This document shows positions 29,710 to 39,473 of a DNA stretch of 64,000 nt, piece after piece. The notes under the pieces were generated by a model. The model made no database searches and was not told the DNA's origin. It saw only the letters and a program-made list of their open reading frames with translations. The position numbers were made by a program, and so were the translations under genes. Each line of letters opens with the position of its first letter. The stretch's first letter is position 1. The stretch is from positions 32,001-96,000 of IMG/VR virus record IMGVR_UViG_3300042309_001504; one strand, 5' to 3'. Origin of the DNA: a virus.

Positions 29710-30270
29710 TTAAAAAATATAATTAATCCATTCCTCGGGCAGATCATTCTTTATGATATCTAGTCTCCTAGTCACAGACAAGTATTTTTTGTGTTTAGAT
29801 GGGCTTGTTGGAATATTCATTAATTTCATATTGGCTTGTTCTGGTGTTCTATTTCCTTTTCTTCTGTTACATTCTGTACAGGCCAAAACTATATTTGTCC
29901 ATGTTGTAGGAGAATAATCATATGACCATTGAGATTTTGGTATAATATGATCATATGTCATTTGATTTTTATCTGATTTTTGACCACAATATTGACATTT
30001 ATAATTATCTCTTACAAATAAATTAGCACGAGAAAATTTAACAATACAATTATGTAAATTTAAATAATGTTTTACTCTTATTACAGCAGGAATATAAACC
30101 TTATAGTCTATACCAATTAAATAATCATCTTTATAATAGTTAACAATTTCTAGTGTTTGAGATAAATCATCTTTATATAGAAAACTAATAGCTTTTCTAT
30201 AATCTATAATTGACAAAGGAGTATAATCCGCATTCAATACTAGACACTGTTTATGTTTGGTTTGACTCAT
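29710..30270 (-). CDS. HNH endonuclease (McrA-like)
   Basis: LVLNADYTPL, RDNYKCQYCG, TYDHIIP and NIVLACTECNRRKG motifs. Confidence 0.9.
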   Translation of the reverse strand: MSQTKHKQCLVLNADYTPLSIIDYRKAISFLYKDDLSQTLEIVNYYKDDYLIGIDYKVYIPAVIRVKHYLNLHNCIVKFSRANLFVRDNYKCQYCGQKSDKNQMTYDHIIPKSQWSYDYSPTTWTNIVLACTECNRRKGNRTPEQANMKLMNIPTSPSKHKKYLSVTRRLDIIKNDLPEEWINYIF

Positions 30271-30979
30271 AAGATTCTATTTTCGACATTATATCTGCAA
30301 TTATAGGATTCCTAATAATATCGGAAGATTCTAAATAACTAAAACCTATATTATTTATATCTTGTAAAACCTGTGATATAATCTTATATCCACCTTGTAA
30401 ATTTCTAGCCAAGTCAGATTGTCTAATATCTCCAGTGATGACCATTTTACTGTTTTGTCCAATACGTGTCAACAACATTTTTAATTGATCATAGGTAGCA
30501 TTTTGACACTCGTCCGCAACAATAAATGAATCATGAAAACTTCTACCGCGCATTAATCCTAATGGCACAATTTCTATTTGATTATTAAGCTTTAATTTAT
30601 TGTAGTGTTGAATATGAATAAAATGATTTATTTCATCTAAAATAGGTAATAAATAAGGATGAATTTTTTCTTCTGCTGTACCCGGTAAATAACCAATTTT
30701 TTCACCAGCTTCTATAACTGGTCTAGTAATAATAATTTTTTTAATTTTTTGATCAGACAAATATTCTAATGCCATACCAATAGCAATATGTGTTTTACCA
30801 GTACCAGCAACACCTTGACAAAATGTAATCACATTTTCTGCAATAGTTCTTATATAATCCTTTTGATTACTTGTTTTAGGTTTTAAACGATTTTTAAAAT
30901 TAAAAGTAGTGTCGGGAGTTAATGCAACATTAGTTAAATCAATAGGTTTCTTATTCGATTTGTTATTTTTTTTTCTCAA
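30251..30979 (-). CDS. phoH: PhoH-family ATPase
   Basis: GVAGTGKT, IGYLPG, MRGRSF, DECQN, LTRIG and GDIRQSD motifs. Confidence 0.95.
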   Translation of the reverse strand: MRKKNNKSNKKPIDLTNVALTPDTTFNFKNRLKPKTSNQKDYIRTIAENVITFCQGVAGTGKTHIAIGMALEYLSDQKIKKIIITRPVIEAGEKIGYLPGTAEEKIHPYLLPILDEINHFIHIQHYNKLKLNNQIEIVPLGLMRGRSFHDSFIVADECQNATYDQLKMLLTRIGQNSKMVITGDIRQSDLARNLQGGYKIISQVLQDINNIGFSYLESSDIIRNPIIADIMSKIESYESNQT

Positions 30980-31003
30980 TGATATATCCCCATAAGGATG
31001 TGA

Positions 31004-33214
31004 TTAAATTAGACACGCGCCACCAGCACAACTAATTTCCTCAATCCCTACAGTATTGTCCTCTGTCTCCAACAACTGAGTATAGTCAACTTTCTTAAAA
31101 CTATGAAATAAATCACAGTATACTTTCCAATTATAAACATCTTTCATGCAGTATGTTAGTCTTTTAACATCTCCATCAAAATATTTACCAGCAAAATTTT
31201 TCATTTTGGTGATAAACATAAGTTTGGATTCGTGATCATCTTTGTTAGCTTGATTTAAGGTAACATAATCACATGCGGCCCATAAGTTTTTATTAAATGT
31301 ATTAAGAGCCAACTCTATAAGACCAGAACACCATAATGAAGCGTCTCCATATTCTTTTACTATTTCTCTGCTTGTATAAACAGTAGTAAATGGTGCTTGT
31401 GGATAGTCCTTATCTCCGCTTTGTGGAATTAGACTAATACCAGCAAAATATTTACGATTATTATAAATATATTCAGTAACCTCTTCCCATTCATCTGGTT
31501 TAACCGTTACAGTATTGCTAACATTATGACACAAATAGTCTTGCGTACATAAAGACCTGTTTTTACCAGAATGTACCCAATTTTTTTGAGTATCTTTTAC
31601 TATTGATAACATTTCCACAGCCGGTAATTGATTTTTTAATTTTGCACCATCTGGAACTTCTATTGGAAATTTGACCACTTCGTCTGTATTGTTTGCTGAC
31701 CAAACCGAACGCTCACAGGCTTGAGGGTTATAAGACTTAAAGTGTTGGTATGGTGCCTCTAAAACATTAGCCTGTACATGTCTTATATAGCGTTTAGCAT
31801 GATGTGGATGTATGCCAGATGATGTACCAAGCATACTACTACTGGTGCCTTCTGGTTTTAAGCAAGTTACTCTGGCGGCTTGATTAATACCAATTTTTTG
31901 AGATAATTCTTTATTGGTTTCTACAGCAATTTTGGCACCAGTTTTTAATACTTGCTCCGTTAATAATAAATCATGCTTTTCCATTATTCCTGTCATGGAA
32001 ACGCCTAATAGGGCTTCTCTTTCAAAGATTTGCTCACTGTTTTCACCAAGATATTCTAATTTGGTAAAACCAGCCTGTAATGTTCCTATGATTGCAGCGG
32101 CTTTGCATCGTTCATAAAAATCATTCTCATCGGTAATAGATGAACAATTAATTGTTGATAGATTGCATCCTTGCCAGCCAGACTCACCAGTTATTTCATT
32201 AACAGGCCACAAAGAAATTTCTACACATGGATTAAAAACCATTTCTGTAGAATCGCCCCAAATAAATCCTGGTTCGCCATATTCTTTAACCGATTGCATC
32301 AATTGAGAGAATTGTTCTAATGATGTTGAGTCTCTTAATAGTAGAGCAGAATTATTGCTTCGTGCTCTTTGTGGATTTTCAATATACCAATTACCTGTTT
32401 TGGCTTTTGTCATTTCATCATCATCTGGGCTAAATAATGCTAAACTAGCTGATCTTCTTACTCCACCACTTAGAACAGCATCGCTGCTGTGCATAACAAT
32501 ATCATAAGCATCAATTGGTTTTAATTTTTTTTGTCCATTAGCAACGCATCTATCTAATAGTGCTCTAACTTTTTCCAAGCCCTTTTGTAGTGGTTCAAAT
32601 CCTGGAGCCTTACCAACTCCAGAACTTAATTCTGATCCTTTGGGTCTGATATTCGAATAATCAAAAATAATATATTCATCTTGATATTTTTTAAATCTTG
32701 ATTCTGATGGTTTTGTAAAATACGAACTCAACAAAACACCAAGAGCATCAGCCCATCCCTCTATACTATCTTCTATTACATACTTGAGTCCTCTATTTGA
32801 ATCTTTTTGTTTTTGCGATAGCGCTGGTAGTTTTGCAACATGATGTTTTTGAACACTAAATCCTGTTCCGCTACCGCAAAGAAGCAACCAAAAACATTCT
32901 TGAAAGAATCTTAATCTGTCACAATAAGAAGCTGTACAATTGTATATTTTAGCATTACGTTTTAGAATTGGTTCGCCACCAAATTGTAAAGCCCTTTGTG
33001 ATCCAAGAACCTTTTTCTTATACATTATATCATAAGCCCAATCGATTTCTGCTTTGATATCTTTATCAGCATACTGTGTATGCATCATATTCTTAACTCT
33101 TTCAACCGCTTCTTTCCAAGTTTCTCTACGGTTTTCTTTTTCTAACCATCTAGCATATTTACTAACAAATGTATAAGATTGTAGTTCTTGTAGGGCTGAC
33201 ATTATTTTCTCCAT
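31004..33214 (-). CDS. nrdJ: Class II (adenosylcobalamin-dependent) ribonucleotide reductase
   Basis: RRETW, IYNC, GGVRRSA, RARSNNS, NPCVEI, CNL, KPEGT and C-terminal CAGGAC. Confidence 0.92.
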   Translation of the reverse strand: MEKIMSALQELQSYTFVSKYARWLEKENRRETWKEAVERVKNMMHTQYADKDIKAEIDWAYDIMYKKKVLGSQRALQFGGEPILKRNAKIYNCTASYCDRLRFFQECFWLLLCGSGTGFSVQKHHVAKLPALSQKQKDSNRGLKYVIEDSIEGWADALGVLLSSYFTKPSESRFKKYQDEYIIFDYSNIRPKGSELSSGVGKAPGFEPLQKGLEKVRALLDRCVANGQKKLKPIDAYDIVMHSSDAVLSGGVRRSASLALFSPDDDEMTKAKTGNWYIENPQRARSNNSALLLRDSTSLEQFSQLMQSVKEYGEPGFIWGDSTEMVFNPCVEISLWPVNEITGESGWQGCNLSTINCSSITDENDFYERCKAAAIIGTLQAGFTKLEYLGENSEQIFEREALLGVSMTGIMEKHDLLLTEQVLKTGAKIAVETNKELSQKIGINQAARVTCLKPEGTSSSMLGTSSGIHPHHAKRYIRHVQANVLEAPYQHFKSYNPQACERSVWSANNTDEVVKFPIEVPDGAKLKNQLPAVEMLSIVKDTQKNWVHSGKNRSLCTQDYLCHNVSNTVTVKPDEWEEVTEYIYNNRKYFAGISLIPQSGDKDYPQAPFTTVYTSREIVKEYGDASLWCSGLIELALNTFNKNLWAACDYVTLNQANKDDHESKLMFITKMKNFAGKYFDGDVKRLTYCMKDVYNWKVYCDLFHSFKKVDYTQLLETEDNTVGIEEISCAGGACLI

Positions 33215-33690
33215 TAATTTTGAATATTTTCTATTACACTATTTAGCCACTGTAAATTAGGTGTTACATAATATGTTTCCATTTTTGTGAGTTGAATAAA
33301 TTTGTTAAATATTAGTTTCTGGGTTTCATCTATTAGATATGATCCGTGTTTATTATGCATATAAACTGTCGATACTCCTTCTTGCCACAACGCCATTATA
33401 CAATCATTACAACATTGACCAGTAACATATGCTATACCATTTTCTGGTCTAATTAAACAATTCGACAAAGCATTTCGTTCAGCATGAATCATCCACGGAT
33501 ATTTTTCTGGTCTTGTGTTTGGTAAAATACTATCGTCAATACCTCTGGGAAATCCATTGTATCCTATACTAATAACTCTATTTTTTCTATCTGTTATTAT
33601 GCATCCGTGCTGCGTTTGAGTATCGTGACTTTTTTTAGATACAATGTGAGCTAGACCTATATAATAGGATATCCAATCGTCTGGTTTCAT
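33214..33690 (-). CDS. dCMP deaminase
   Basis: IGYNGFPRG, IHAERNA and CCNDC Zn motif; probable start MKPDDW. Confidence 0.9.
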   Translation of the reverse strand: MKPDDWISYYIGLAHIVSKKSHDTQTQHGCIITDRKNRVISIGYNGFPRGIDDSILPNTRPEKYPWMIHAERNALSNCLIRPENGIAYVTGQCCNDCIMALWQEGVSTVYMHNKHGSYLIDETQKLIFNKFIQLTKMETYYVTPNLQWLNSVIENIQN

Positions 33691-33721
33691 TCTGTAAATC
33701 AACTCCTTGTGCGTATAGACT

Positions 33722-33750
33722 ATATTACCACAATCGGTATTTACTGTCAA
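33722..33750 (-). promoter_or_regulatory. Sigma70-type promoter upstream of dCMP deaminase/nrdJ
   Basis: TTGACA, 17-nt spacer ending TGG, then TAATAT. Confidence 0.55.
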
Positions 33751-33759
33751 CACAACAAG

Positions 33760-33930
33760 TTATTCTTTACGAATTTTTGGTATACCGCCATTAGAAACAT
33801 ATATTCTGTATTGGTTAGACCCGTATCCTATTTTAAAGGCTGGGGTATTTTGAATATTAAAGTTTTGTGCCGATATAGTTTCATTCTCTAAATCTTGTAG
33901 TCTCTGTTCCCAAATTTCTTTGTTACTCAT
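33760..33930 (-). CDS. Small hypothetical protein
   Basis: AGGAG RBS; MSNKEIWEQRL. Confidence 0.5.
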   Translation of the reverse strand: MSNKEIWEQRLQDLENETISAQNFNIQNTPAFKIGYGSNQYRIYVSNGGIPKIRKE

Positions 33931-34807
33931 CATCTCTCCTTCCATAAAAATAGTTATAGATCTCTGTATGTAATTTAGGTTTATACGTTTGCCATTTATA
34001 TATATTATTATTGTCTAATGTAATATCTGCTGTAGCATCAAAATTATATTTTTTAGAAATTTCATTTCTTTGAACATATTTCCTATTAGAAAATGTACCA
34101 TGATATAAATGTTCTAGTGTTCCATTTATATATCCAATATCTCCCTTTACAAGCTCATAATCTTTGTATCTTGTTAATAAAAAATCTTTGCATGTTGATT
34201 TATTCATAGTTTCTAATATTGGATGATACCAATGGCCCATCCATGCTATTAATTGATAAAGATCGTTATTGCCAACAATGCATTTATCATATAATCCATT
34301 TGGTAAACAATCTCTTCTGAAGCCCCAACATAATCCGGGTTTGGGCCACAATCCTTTTCTAACTTCCATGTTATCAACATGATATTTTGCAAAACCTATT
34401 CCTAATCCATCCCTAGCATAAGTCGCTTCTTCGGGACGTACATGGTCTGGTGTTTTTTCATAAATGTATTCAAATAGTTGACAAACAGGTTTAGAATCTA
34501 ACATTTTTTCGGTTTCTTTATACCAATTTGAATTGTGAAATATAATGTCAGCATCAAGCCAAGCAATTTTATCAACATTATTTGGTAAATTTTCTATAGC
34601 AATATTTAGTAATCTTTCTTTTTGCCATAAAACATTATTTTTATTACCTCTAATATGTATAGCATCATCAATAAAAAAAGGTTGATTATCAAATGATAGT
34701 TCTACTGTAATTAATGGATATTGTAGATGCTTTCTAAATTGAGTATAGTTATCTCTAAATTTTTGATAACCTATTGGATTAAAATAGGAAGTTATACAAT
34801 ACAACAT
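33923..34807 (-). CDS. GT-A fold glycosyltransferase-like protein
   Basis: LWQKERLLNIA, WLDADI (DxD) and HLYHG motifs. Confidence 0.7.
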   Translation of the reverse strand: MLYCITSYFNPIGYQKFRDNYTQFRKHLQYPLITVELSFDNQPFFIDDAIHIRGNKNNVLWQKERLLNIAIENLPNNVDKIAWLDADIIFHNSNWYKETEKMLDSKPVCQLFEYIYEKTPDHVRPEEATYARDGLGIGFAKYHVDNMEVRKGLWPKPGLCWGFRRDCLPNGLYDKCIVGNNDLYQLIAWMGHWYHPILETMNKSTCKDFLLTRYKDYELVKGDIGYINGTLEHLYHGTFSNRKYVQRNEISKKYNFDATADITLDNNNIYKWQTYKPKLHTEIYNYFYGRRDDE

Positions 34808-35055
34808 TATTTTTCTGTTAATTTGCTATAAACCAACATAGAAATTACACTACCAACAATACCCATAAAAATACCTGTTGGTGATATTGCAGAATATGAT
34901 CCTAGCATATAGAGAATTGCTCCACCAACATAAGATCCGGCTACCCCCAATGCTATGGTTTGAAAAAATCCCATATTTTGTTCACCGGGTATAACTGCTT
35001 TTGCTATACTTCCAACAAAAATACCATACACAGCCCATACTAATAAACTAAACAT
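34807..35055 (-). CDS. GlsB/YeaQ/YmgE-family (transglycosylase-associated) membrane protein
   Basis: Three hydrophobic helices; IAKAVIPG..TIALGVAGSYVGG. Confidence 0.8.
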   Translation of the reverse strand: MFSLLVWAVYGIFVGSIAKAVIPGEQNMGFFQTIALGVAGSYVGGAILYMLGSYSAISPTGIFMGIVGSVISMLVYSKLTEK

Positions 35056-35437
35056 TGGTTGCCTCCAGAAGTGTTAAAGATTCGCTATCGGTTAATGTTT
35101 TTCCAACTTCCATGATGGCATTTTTTAAACTAACTCCGTATTGTTGATATTGTTTTTTGCTTAGGTGTTGTCTCAATATTCTGTTAAGTCTATAATTATT
35201 TAACCAATTATCTTTAACAGTCAAATTAACAATTGTGTGTCTAAGATCAAGAGCTTCTGTCATCTTATCATTTTTTCTTCTTTTACTTCTACACTCTTGA
35301 ATAACTCTTATAAGACTGAGGATAACACCTATTACAATAATAATAGTTATAGGATCAAAACCATGATTTTCATTTTTGATATTGGCTTTATTTATTACCT
35401 TTTGGGCAATAAGTTCAAGATTAGGATCTACTTGCAT
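35048..35437 (-). CDS. Single-TM hypothetical protein
   Basis: GFDPITIIIVIGVILSLI helix; probable start MQVDP. Confidence 0.65.
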   Translation of the reverse strand: MQVDPNLELIAQKVINKANIKNENHGFDPITIIIVIGVILSLIRVIQECRSKRRKNDKMTEALDLRHTIVNLTVKDNWLNNYRLNRILRQHLSKKQYQQYGVSLKNAIMEVGKTLTDSESLTLLEATNV

Positions 35438-35451
35438 ATTATATCTCTCTA

Positions 35452-35682
35452 TTAGGGTACACAATAACCACAGTCAACCATTTTAATACCATCACCACTC
35501 AGATATTTACCACTTCCTTTACATACTGGGCATTCTTTTCTTTTATACTTTTTATTTGCTTCATTACCTATATTTTTTACAATAGAACCAGCAAGAATAA
35601 CGGTTGCTGTTGAACCGCCATCATATTTACTAGATGAAAAAATTATAGATGCTATTAGGATCGATAAAATTATCTTATTCAT
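35452..35682 (-). CDS. Signal/TM protein with DnaJ-type Zn knuckle
   Basis: Hydrophobic N-terminus; CPVCKGSG...CGYC. Confidence 0.65.
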   Translation of the reverse strand: MNKIILSILIASIIFSSSKYDGGSTATVILAGSIVKNIGNEANKKYKRKECPVCKGSGKYLSGDGIKMVDCGYCVP

Positions 35683-35852
35683 TTTTTACCTCTTGGGAAC
35701 CATCTTTTTCTTTTATTTGGTGGCAAAGGTATGATTGGTGGTGGATTATCTATATCAATATTTGATGGTTTAAAAAGTTTAACCATGGATAAGATAAAAT
35801 TTAAAATAATAGAAATTAATCTATTCAGTGCTAATTTATCTAATAGTCTCAT
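35679..35852 (-). CDS. 57-aa membrane peptide with Pro/basic tail (not in ORF track)
   Basis: MRLLDKLALNRLISIILNFILSMVKLFKPSNIDIDNPPPIIPLPPNKRKRWFPRGKK*. GAGG RBS; ATGA overlap with the next gene. Confidence 0.75.
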   Translation of the reverse strand: MRLLDKLALNRLISIILNFILSMVKLFKPSNIDIDNPPPIIPLPPNKRKRWFPRGKK

Positions 35853-35861
35853 TAGTATACC

Positions 35862-36791
35862 TCATTGATCTAGATAATCAAAACCATAATTTGGTAATTT
35901 TTGCAATGGAAATCCATCAAAATCACTGAAGGCATAAGCCCCATTACCATCTAACATTCCTTGTGCAACATCTGATGTTATCAAAAATGATCCATCAGGA
36001 ATTGGACCCCAATCCGGATGACCACCATCATTCCATTTACCCCAACTATTTTGTACTAAAAATAATGGTTCATTTCCTGTATCATCACACGCTATCCATG
36101 CCATAGCATGAGCCCATGATCCTTGGGGCTTTGCGATTCCTTTCTTATCTCGTTTGCTGCTAAATCCATAACTACTACAAACACTAATACCATAGCCATT
36201 CGCTAAAGCATCTCTTGCTTCGTCTATCGTTTGAATTAAACTAACTGTTTTTACTTGGTGATCATTTGCTAGATCTATCACTTTATCTGGTAGACTACGA
36301 CCACCCCAACCGGCTCCTAATGATCCTTGATATTTACTAAGATCAACAACTCCTGGATAATTTTTTCTAACTAAAATACCACCATATTGACTAACAAATT
36401 GTGCTGCTCTGGAGCAACTCATACCTTGTCCACCATGACCTCTTGCTCCGTATATCGCTTCAGTGGCCCCTCTTGCTATCCAGCTTTCCCTATGTTTTTT
36501 TAAATCAATTTCAACAGCACGACTAACATCAACCGCATTACGTGTAGAGTGGCTTACACAATCTCCAGTAGTTTGTCTTTCATTATATGGATTCTTATCA
36601 AACTTTAATACGCTTTTATATGGTGTAGATAATTTACCTTTACCAGTACCACTTATTCTTTTTGCTCCATCACTAAAGTAAGCATATTTAGAATTCTCTA
36701 AAAGATTTTCAAATATGTGCTCTTCCCAAAGACATCCCTGAAAACCATCCTTATAAAGTTTTAATAATTGTTCAGGAGAATATTTTGCCAT
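35862..36791 (-). CDS. Papain-like (C1-family) cysteine peptidase
   Basis: Q..GDCVSH (oxyanion Gln, catalytic Cys), WAHAM (His) and QNSWG (Asn). Confidence 0.85.
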   Translation of the reverse strand: MAKYSPEQLLKLYKDGFQGCLWEEHIFENLLENSKYAYFSDGAKRISGTGKGKLSTPYKSVLKFDKNPYNERQTTGDCVSHSTRNAVDVSRAVEIDLKKHRESWIARGATEAIYGARGHGGQGMSCSRAAQFVSQYGGILVRKNYPGVVDLSKYQGSLGAGWGGRSLPDKVIDLANDHQVKTVSLIQTIDEARDALANGYGISVCSSYGFSSKRDKKGIAKPQGSWAHAMAWIACDDTGNEPLFLVQNSWGKWNDGGHPDWGPIPDGSFLITSDVAQGMLDGNGAYAFSDFDGFPLQKLPNYGFDYLDQ

Positions 36792-37297
36792 TATTTGCTA
36801 CCCTCATAACAGGCCCAGGCCAAACCATTAAAAGCTTCTACAGCCTTTTTTCTAAGTTCTGGATCTAGAGCAACATTATCGTCCCCTATATGTTGTACAA
36901 CAACATTTGTTGCTGCTTGGGTCAAATTAGTATATTTACCTTTAAGATCTAGATTATAAAAAGCACCAGCTATTCTATTAGCTTCTCTAATCTCATCGGT
37001 ATTTTTAATTACTTCATTATCACCGTCTAGTTCTATTAGTCTAGCCAAGTCAGAGAATAGACTACTTAATTTAACGCCATCAACAGTCCTATCCGAACTG
37101 CCAGACTTTAAAATTTCAGTAACCTTTTCACAATTATCTTTTAATGATGGATCCAATGGAACTAACACTGATGGAGTATGATTTATAGGATTTGTATTAG
37201 TATTATTTTTAATAAACGGTACTAGTAAACCATAACATAATAATAGTGCTCCTATAATTAAGACTACTATATTAGTATTGATATTTTTCGTATTCAT
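36791..37297 (-). CDS. Membrane-anchored hypothetical protein
   Basis: N-terminal TM helix IVVLIIGALLLCYGLLV. Confidence 0.65.
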   Translation of the reverse strand: MNTKNINTNIVVLIIGALLLCYGLLVPFIKNNTNTNPINHTPSVLVPLDPSLKDNCEKVTEILKSGSSDRTVDGVKLSSLFSDLARLIELDGDNEVIKNTDEIREANRIAGAFYNLDLKGKYTNLTQAATNVVVQHIGDDNVALDPELRKKAVEAFNGLAWACYEGSK

Positions 37298-37644
37298 TTT
37301 GACTCCTGTCCACAAGCATTAGGACTAAGATGTGGAAAAGCACTATCTAAAACTTCAACCGCTTTTGGACATCCCATTTTATCTGCTAAATCTCTAGTGT
37401 TTTTCCAACTACTAATAAGATCCAAAAAATGATTATCATTGGTTTTACTAATAGTGGCAACAGTTGATGATTCTCTTTTTACTTTATTCAGGACTCCTCC
37501 TAACAAACCGGATACATAATTTTGTACAGGAGAAAGCTTGTCTTTAAATAGAACAAATAATATTAGTGCAGCACCACCATAAACCATAAGATCTGTTCCT
37601 GACAATCTACTACTAAATTCTTGAAAACTTTCAGTAAAATTCAT
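37294..37644 (-). CDS. Single-TM hypothetical protein
   Basis: LMVYGGAALILFVLF helix; GAGG RBS. Confidence 0.65.
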   Translation of the reverse strand: MNFTESFQEFSSRLSGTDLMVYGGAALILFVLFKDKLSPVQNYVSGLLGGVLNKVKRESSTVATISKTNDNHFLDLISSWKNTRDLADKMGCPKAVEVLDSAFPHLSPNACGQESK

Positions 37645-37654
37645 AACTTATACC

Positions 37655-38083
37655 TCATATTGGAAACATTCCTTGATATTGTAATTTTTGTTTAAAAACG
37701 CCCACATCCTTGAATACCTTGACCATACTATCTATAGTAGAACCAACCAAAATCATGATAAAGGTTTTGATATACTTATGTAGATACGATTCTAGAATTT
37801 GTGGTATAAATGGAACATCCACAACTACAAAAATATTATCATAAAAATCAGATATTATATTCATTGCTATTTGTTTTTTTTCTGGTCCAGAAAGATCATT
37901 ACCTATTATTTCAATTATTTGAATAGTTGTTGCTATTAGAATTTGCAATATTTTCCATACTTGCTCTAATGTGAATCTTTTGATTTCTTGATAAGAATTT
38001 TTAGTTGCGTTTAGTAGTTTTTCTACTTCTTTTAGAATTAGTTCTTGGCTTGTTGGTTTTACTAGATTTTCTTGATTTATCAT
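37655..38083 (-). CDS. Hypothetical amphipathic protein
   Basis: LSGPEKKQIAM...VDVPFIP; holin-like character is possible. Confidence 0.55.
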   Translation of the reverse strand: MINQENLVKPTSQELILKEVEKLLNATKNSYQEIKRFTLEQVWKILQILIATTIQIIEIIGNDLSGPEKKQIAMNIISDFYDNIFVVVDVPFIPQILESYLHKYIKTFIMILVGSTIDSMVKVFKDVGVFKQKLQYQGMFPI

Positions 38084-38339
38084 CTTTTGCCTCTTCTTTT
38101 ACAGTTGTTACATTTTCTACTACTTCTGTTTTAATATTTTTTCTGCTATTAATATATTTATATAATATTACAAATTGACCACCAATTAGAATACAACTTT
38201 CTACAGCATGACTAACAACACTAATAAGTTCTTCTTTATTAGTATGATCATTAATAATACCAGTTAGATATAATCCACTAAAAATAAAACTAACTAATGT
38301 AAACCAAAATTCACTTGTACGATATCCAGGTTTGATCAT
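38001..38339 (-). CDS. Putative holin-like membrane protein
   Basis: KPGYRTSEFW N-terminus, two TM helices and a highly basic C-tail; GGAGG RBS. Confidence 0.55.
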   Translation of the reverse strand: MIKPGYRTSEFWFTLVSFIFSGLYLTGIINDHTNKEELISVVSHAVESCILIGGQFVILYKYINSRKNIKTEVVENVTTVKEEAKDDKSRKSSKTNKPRTNSKRSRKTTKRN

Positions 38340-38360
38340 AATTTACCTCCAAAGGTTATT

Positions 38361-38372
38361 TTAATATACACC
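38361..38372 (-). promoter_or_regulatory. GTGTATRYTA motif, candidate late promoter
   Basis: GGTGTATATTAA; the same motif lies upstream of two other nearby genes. Confidence 0.55.
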
Positions 38373-38385
38373 AAAATAGTTTTCA

Positions 38386-38853
38386 CTAATAATATCGATC
38401 CTGATTAGCCACACACCATTTTATACCATCAAAAGGACTTGTCCATGATGCATCCCATGGATAATGAGGACCATCAGATGATTGTGCTATTACTGTTGAT
38501 AAATTTTTATATTTCCAAACATTGTCTTCGTATATAACAACCTCATCACCATAAAAATATGTTTGATACGGAGGACCGAATCCTGTAGGATCTCCGCCAC
38601 AACCTGTGCCACTAGCATCCAAACATCTAGTACCATATTCCCAACCTATCATGATAATACCAGCATGAGAATGAGAGCATGTTACAGAAAAGTAGTATAC
38701 TCTATCGTCAAATCGATTTTCATATAAATCTATATCTTCTATTTGTACTATATCAGATTGATCGCTATTATAGGCTATAATGTTATGAGAATATATTACA
38801 ATATTACCATTATTAATTTCATTAGATGAAATAGCTTTTGAAATATCCGACAT
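38386..38853 (-). CDS. Hypothetical protein (N-terminus paralogous to 38853..39047)
   Basis: DI..A....I.NG..V.Y and Y.NRFDD..YY motifs shared. Confidence 0.6.
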   Translation of the reverse strand: MSDISKAISSNEINNGNIVIYSHNIIAYNSDQSDIVQIEDIDLYENRFDDRVYYFSVTCSHSHAGIIMIGWEYGTRCLDASGTGCGGDPTGFGPPYQTYFYGDEVVIYEDNVWKYKNLSTVIAQSSDGPHYPWDASWTSPFDGIKWCVANQDRYY

Positions 38854-39047
38854 TACGCACCATAATAGTAGCTTGGATCATCAAACCTATTATCATATTT
38901 GTCTTCAATATCTCCAATAGCTGGAGTATTAATAACATAAGTATTTAATTTATCTTTATCTGTTGGACCGGTAACTTTTGTATAAACAACTAGTGTGCCA
39001 TTTTTAATTGGTTCGGCATCATCTGCTAATTTAATATCGTTTGCCAT
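38853..39047 (-). CDS. 64-aa hypothetical protein
   Basis: TAATG-coupled to its paralog. Confidence 0.65.
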   Translation of the reverse strand: MANDIKLADDAEPIKNGTLVVYTKVTGPTDKDKLNTYVINTPAIGDIEDKYDNRFDDPSYYYGA

Positions 39048-39048
39048 A

Positions 39049-39369
39049 TTATGCCCTTTCTATTCTTTCTTCTAAGGCTTCTAATGTTTTGCCAAGTGTG
39101 ACTAATTGAATTTTTAATTCGTTCATAACTTCGGTATTTCGTTGTAATGCGCTAGCAAATGCCGCTTGACTTTCTTTGTTTGCTGCTAATCTTTCCATAA
39201 TAAATTGACGATCTTGAGAATACGGACTTTGAGTTTCTATCATGTGTAAAACATCACTTTTTGTTGCCATATTTTTTCCTACAGTCACCCAAAATCCTAT
39301 AAGAGTAACAACTATTCCAAAACTTGTGGTGGCTAATACTTGCCAAAAGTTTATTATGTTTTCGCTCAT
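39049..39369 (-). CDS. TM plus coiled-coil protein
   Basis: N-terminal TM helix and C-terminal heptads; AAGGAG RBS. Confidence 0.7.
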   Translation of the reverse strand: MSENIINFWQVLATTSFGIVVTLIGFWVTVGKNMATKSDVLHMIETQSPYSQDRQFIMERLAANKESQAAFASALQRNTEVMNELKIQLVTLGKTLEALEERIERA

Positions 39370-39389
39370 ATTATTCTCCTTTACAAAAT

Positions 39390-39401
39390 ATAATATACAC
39401 T
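39390..39401 (-). promoter_or_regulatory. GTGTATRYTA motif, candidate late promoter
   Basis: AGTGTATATTAT, immediately downstream of the terminator. Confidence 0.55.
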
Positions 39402-39440
39402 AAATAAAAAACCAACTATGAAAACATAGCTGGTTTTTAT
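39402..39440 (-). terminator. Rho-independent terminator
   Basis: Minus strand CCAGCTATG-TTTT-CATAGTTGG followed by TTTTTT; the G-U pair favours the minus strand. Confidence 0.85.
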
Positions 39441-39473
39441 TGGATAGAAAACATAGATTTAAAAATTTAATTA

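Noticed and set aside
29710-30270. HNH gene as a mobile homing element
   Set aside because: McrA-like type overlapping the phoH end, with no intron context or interrupted host gene.
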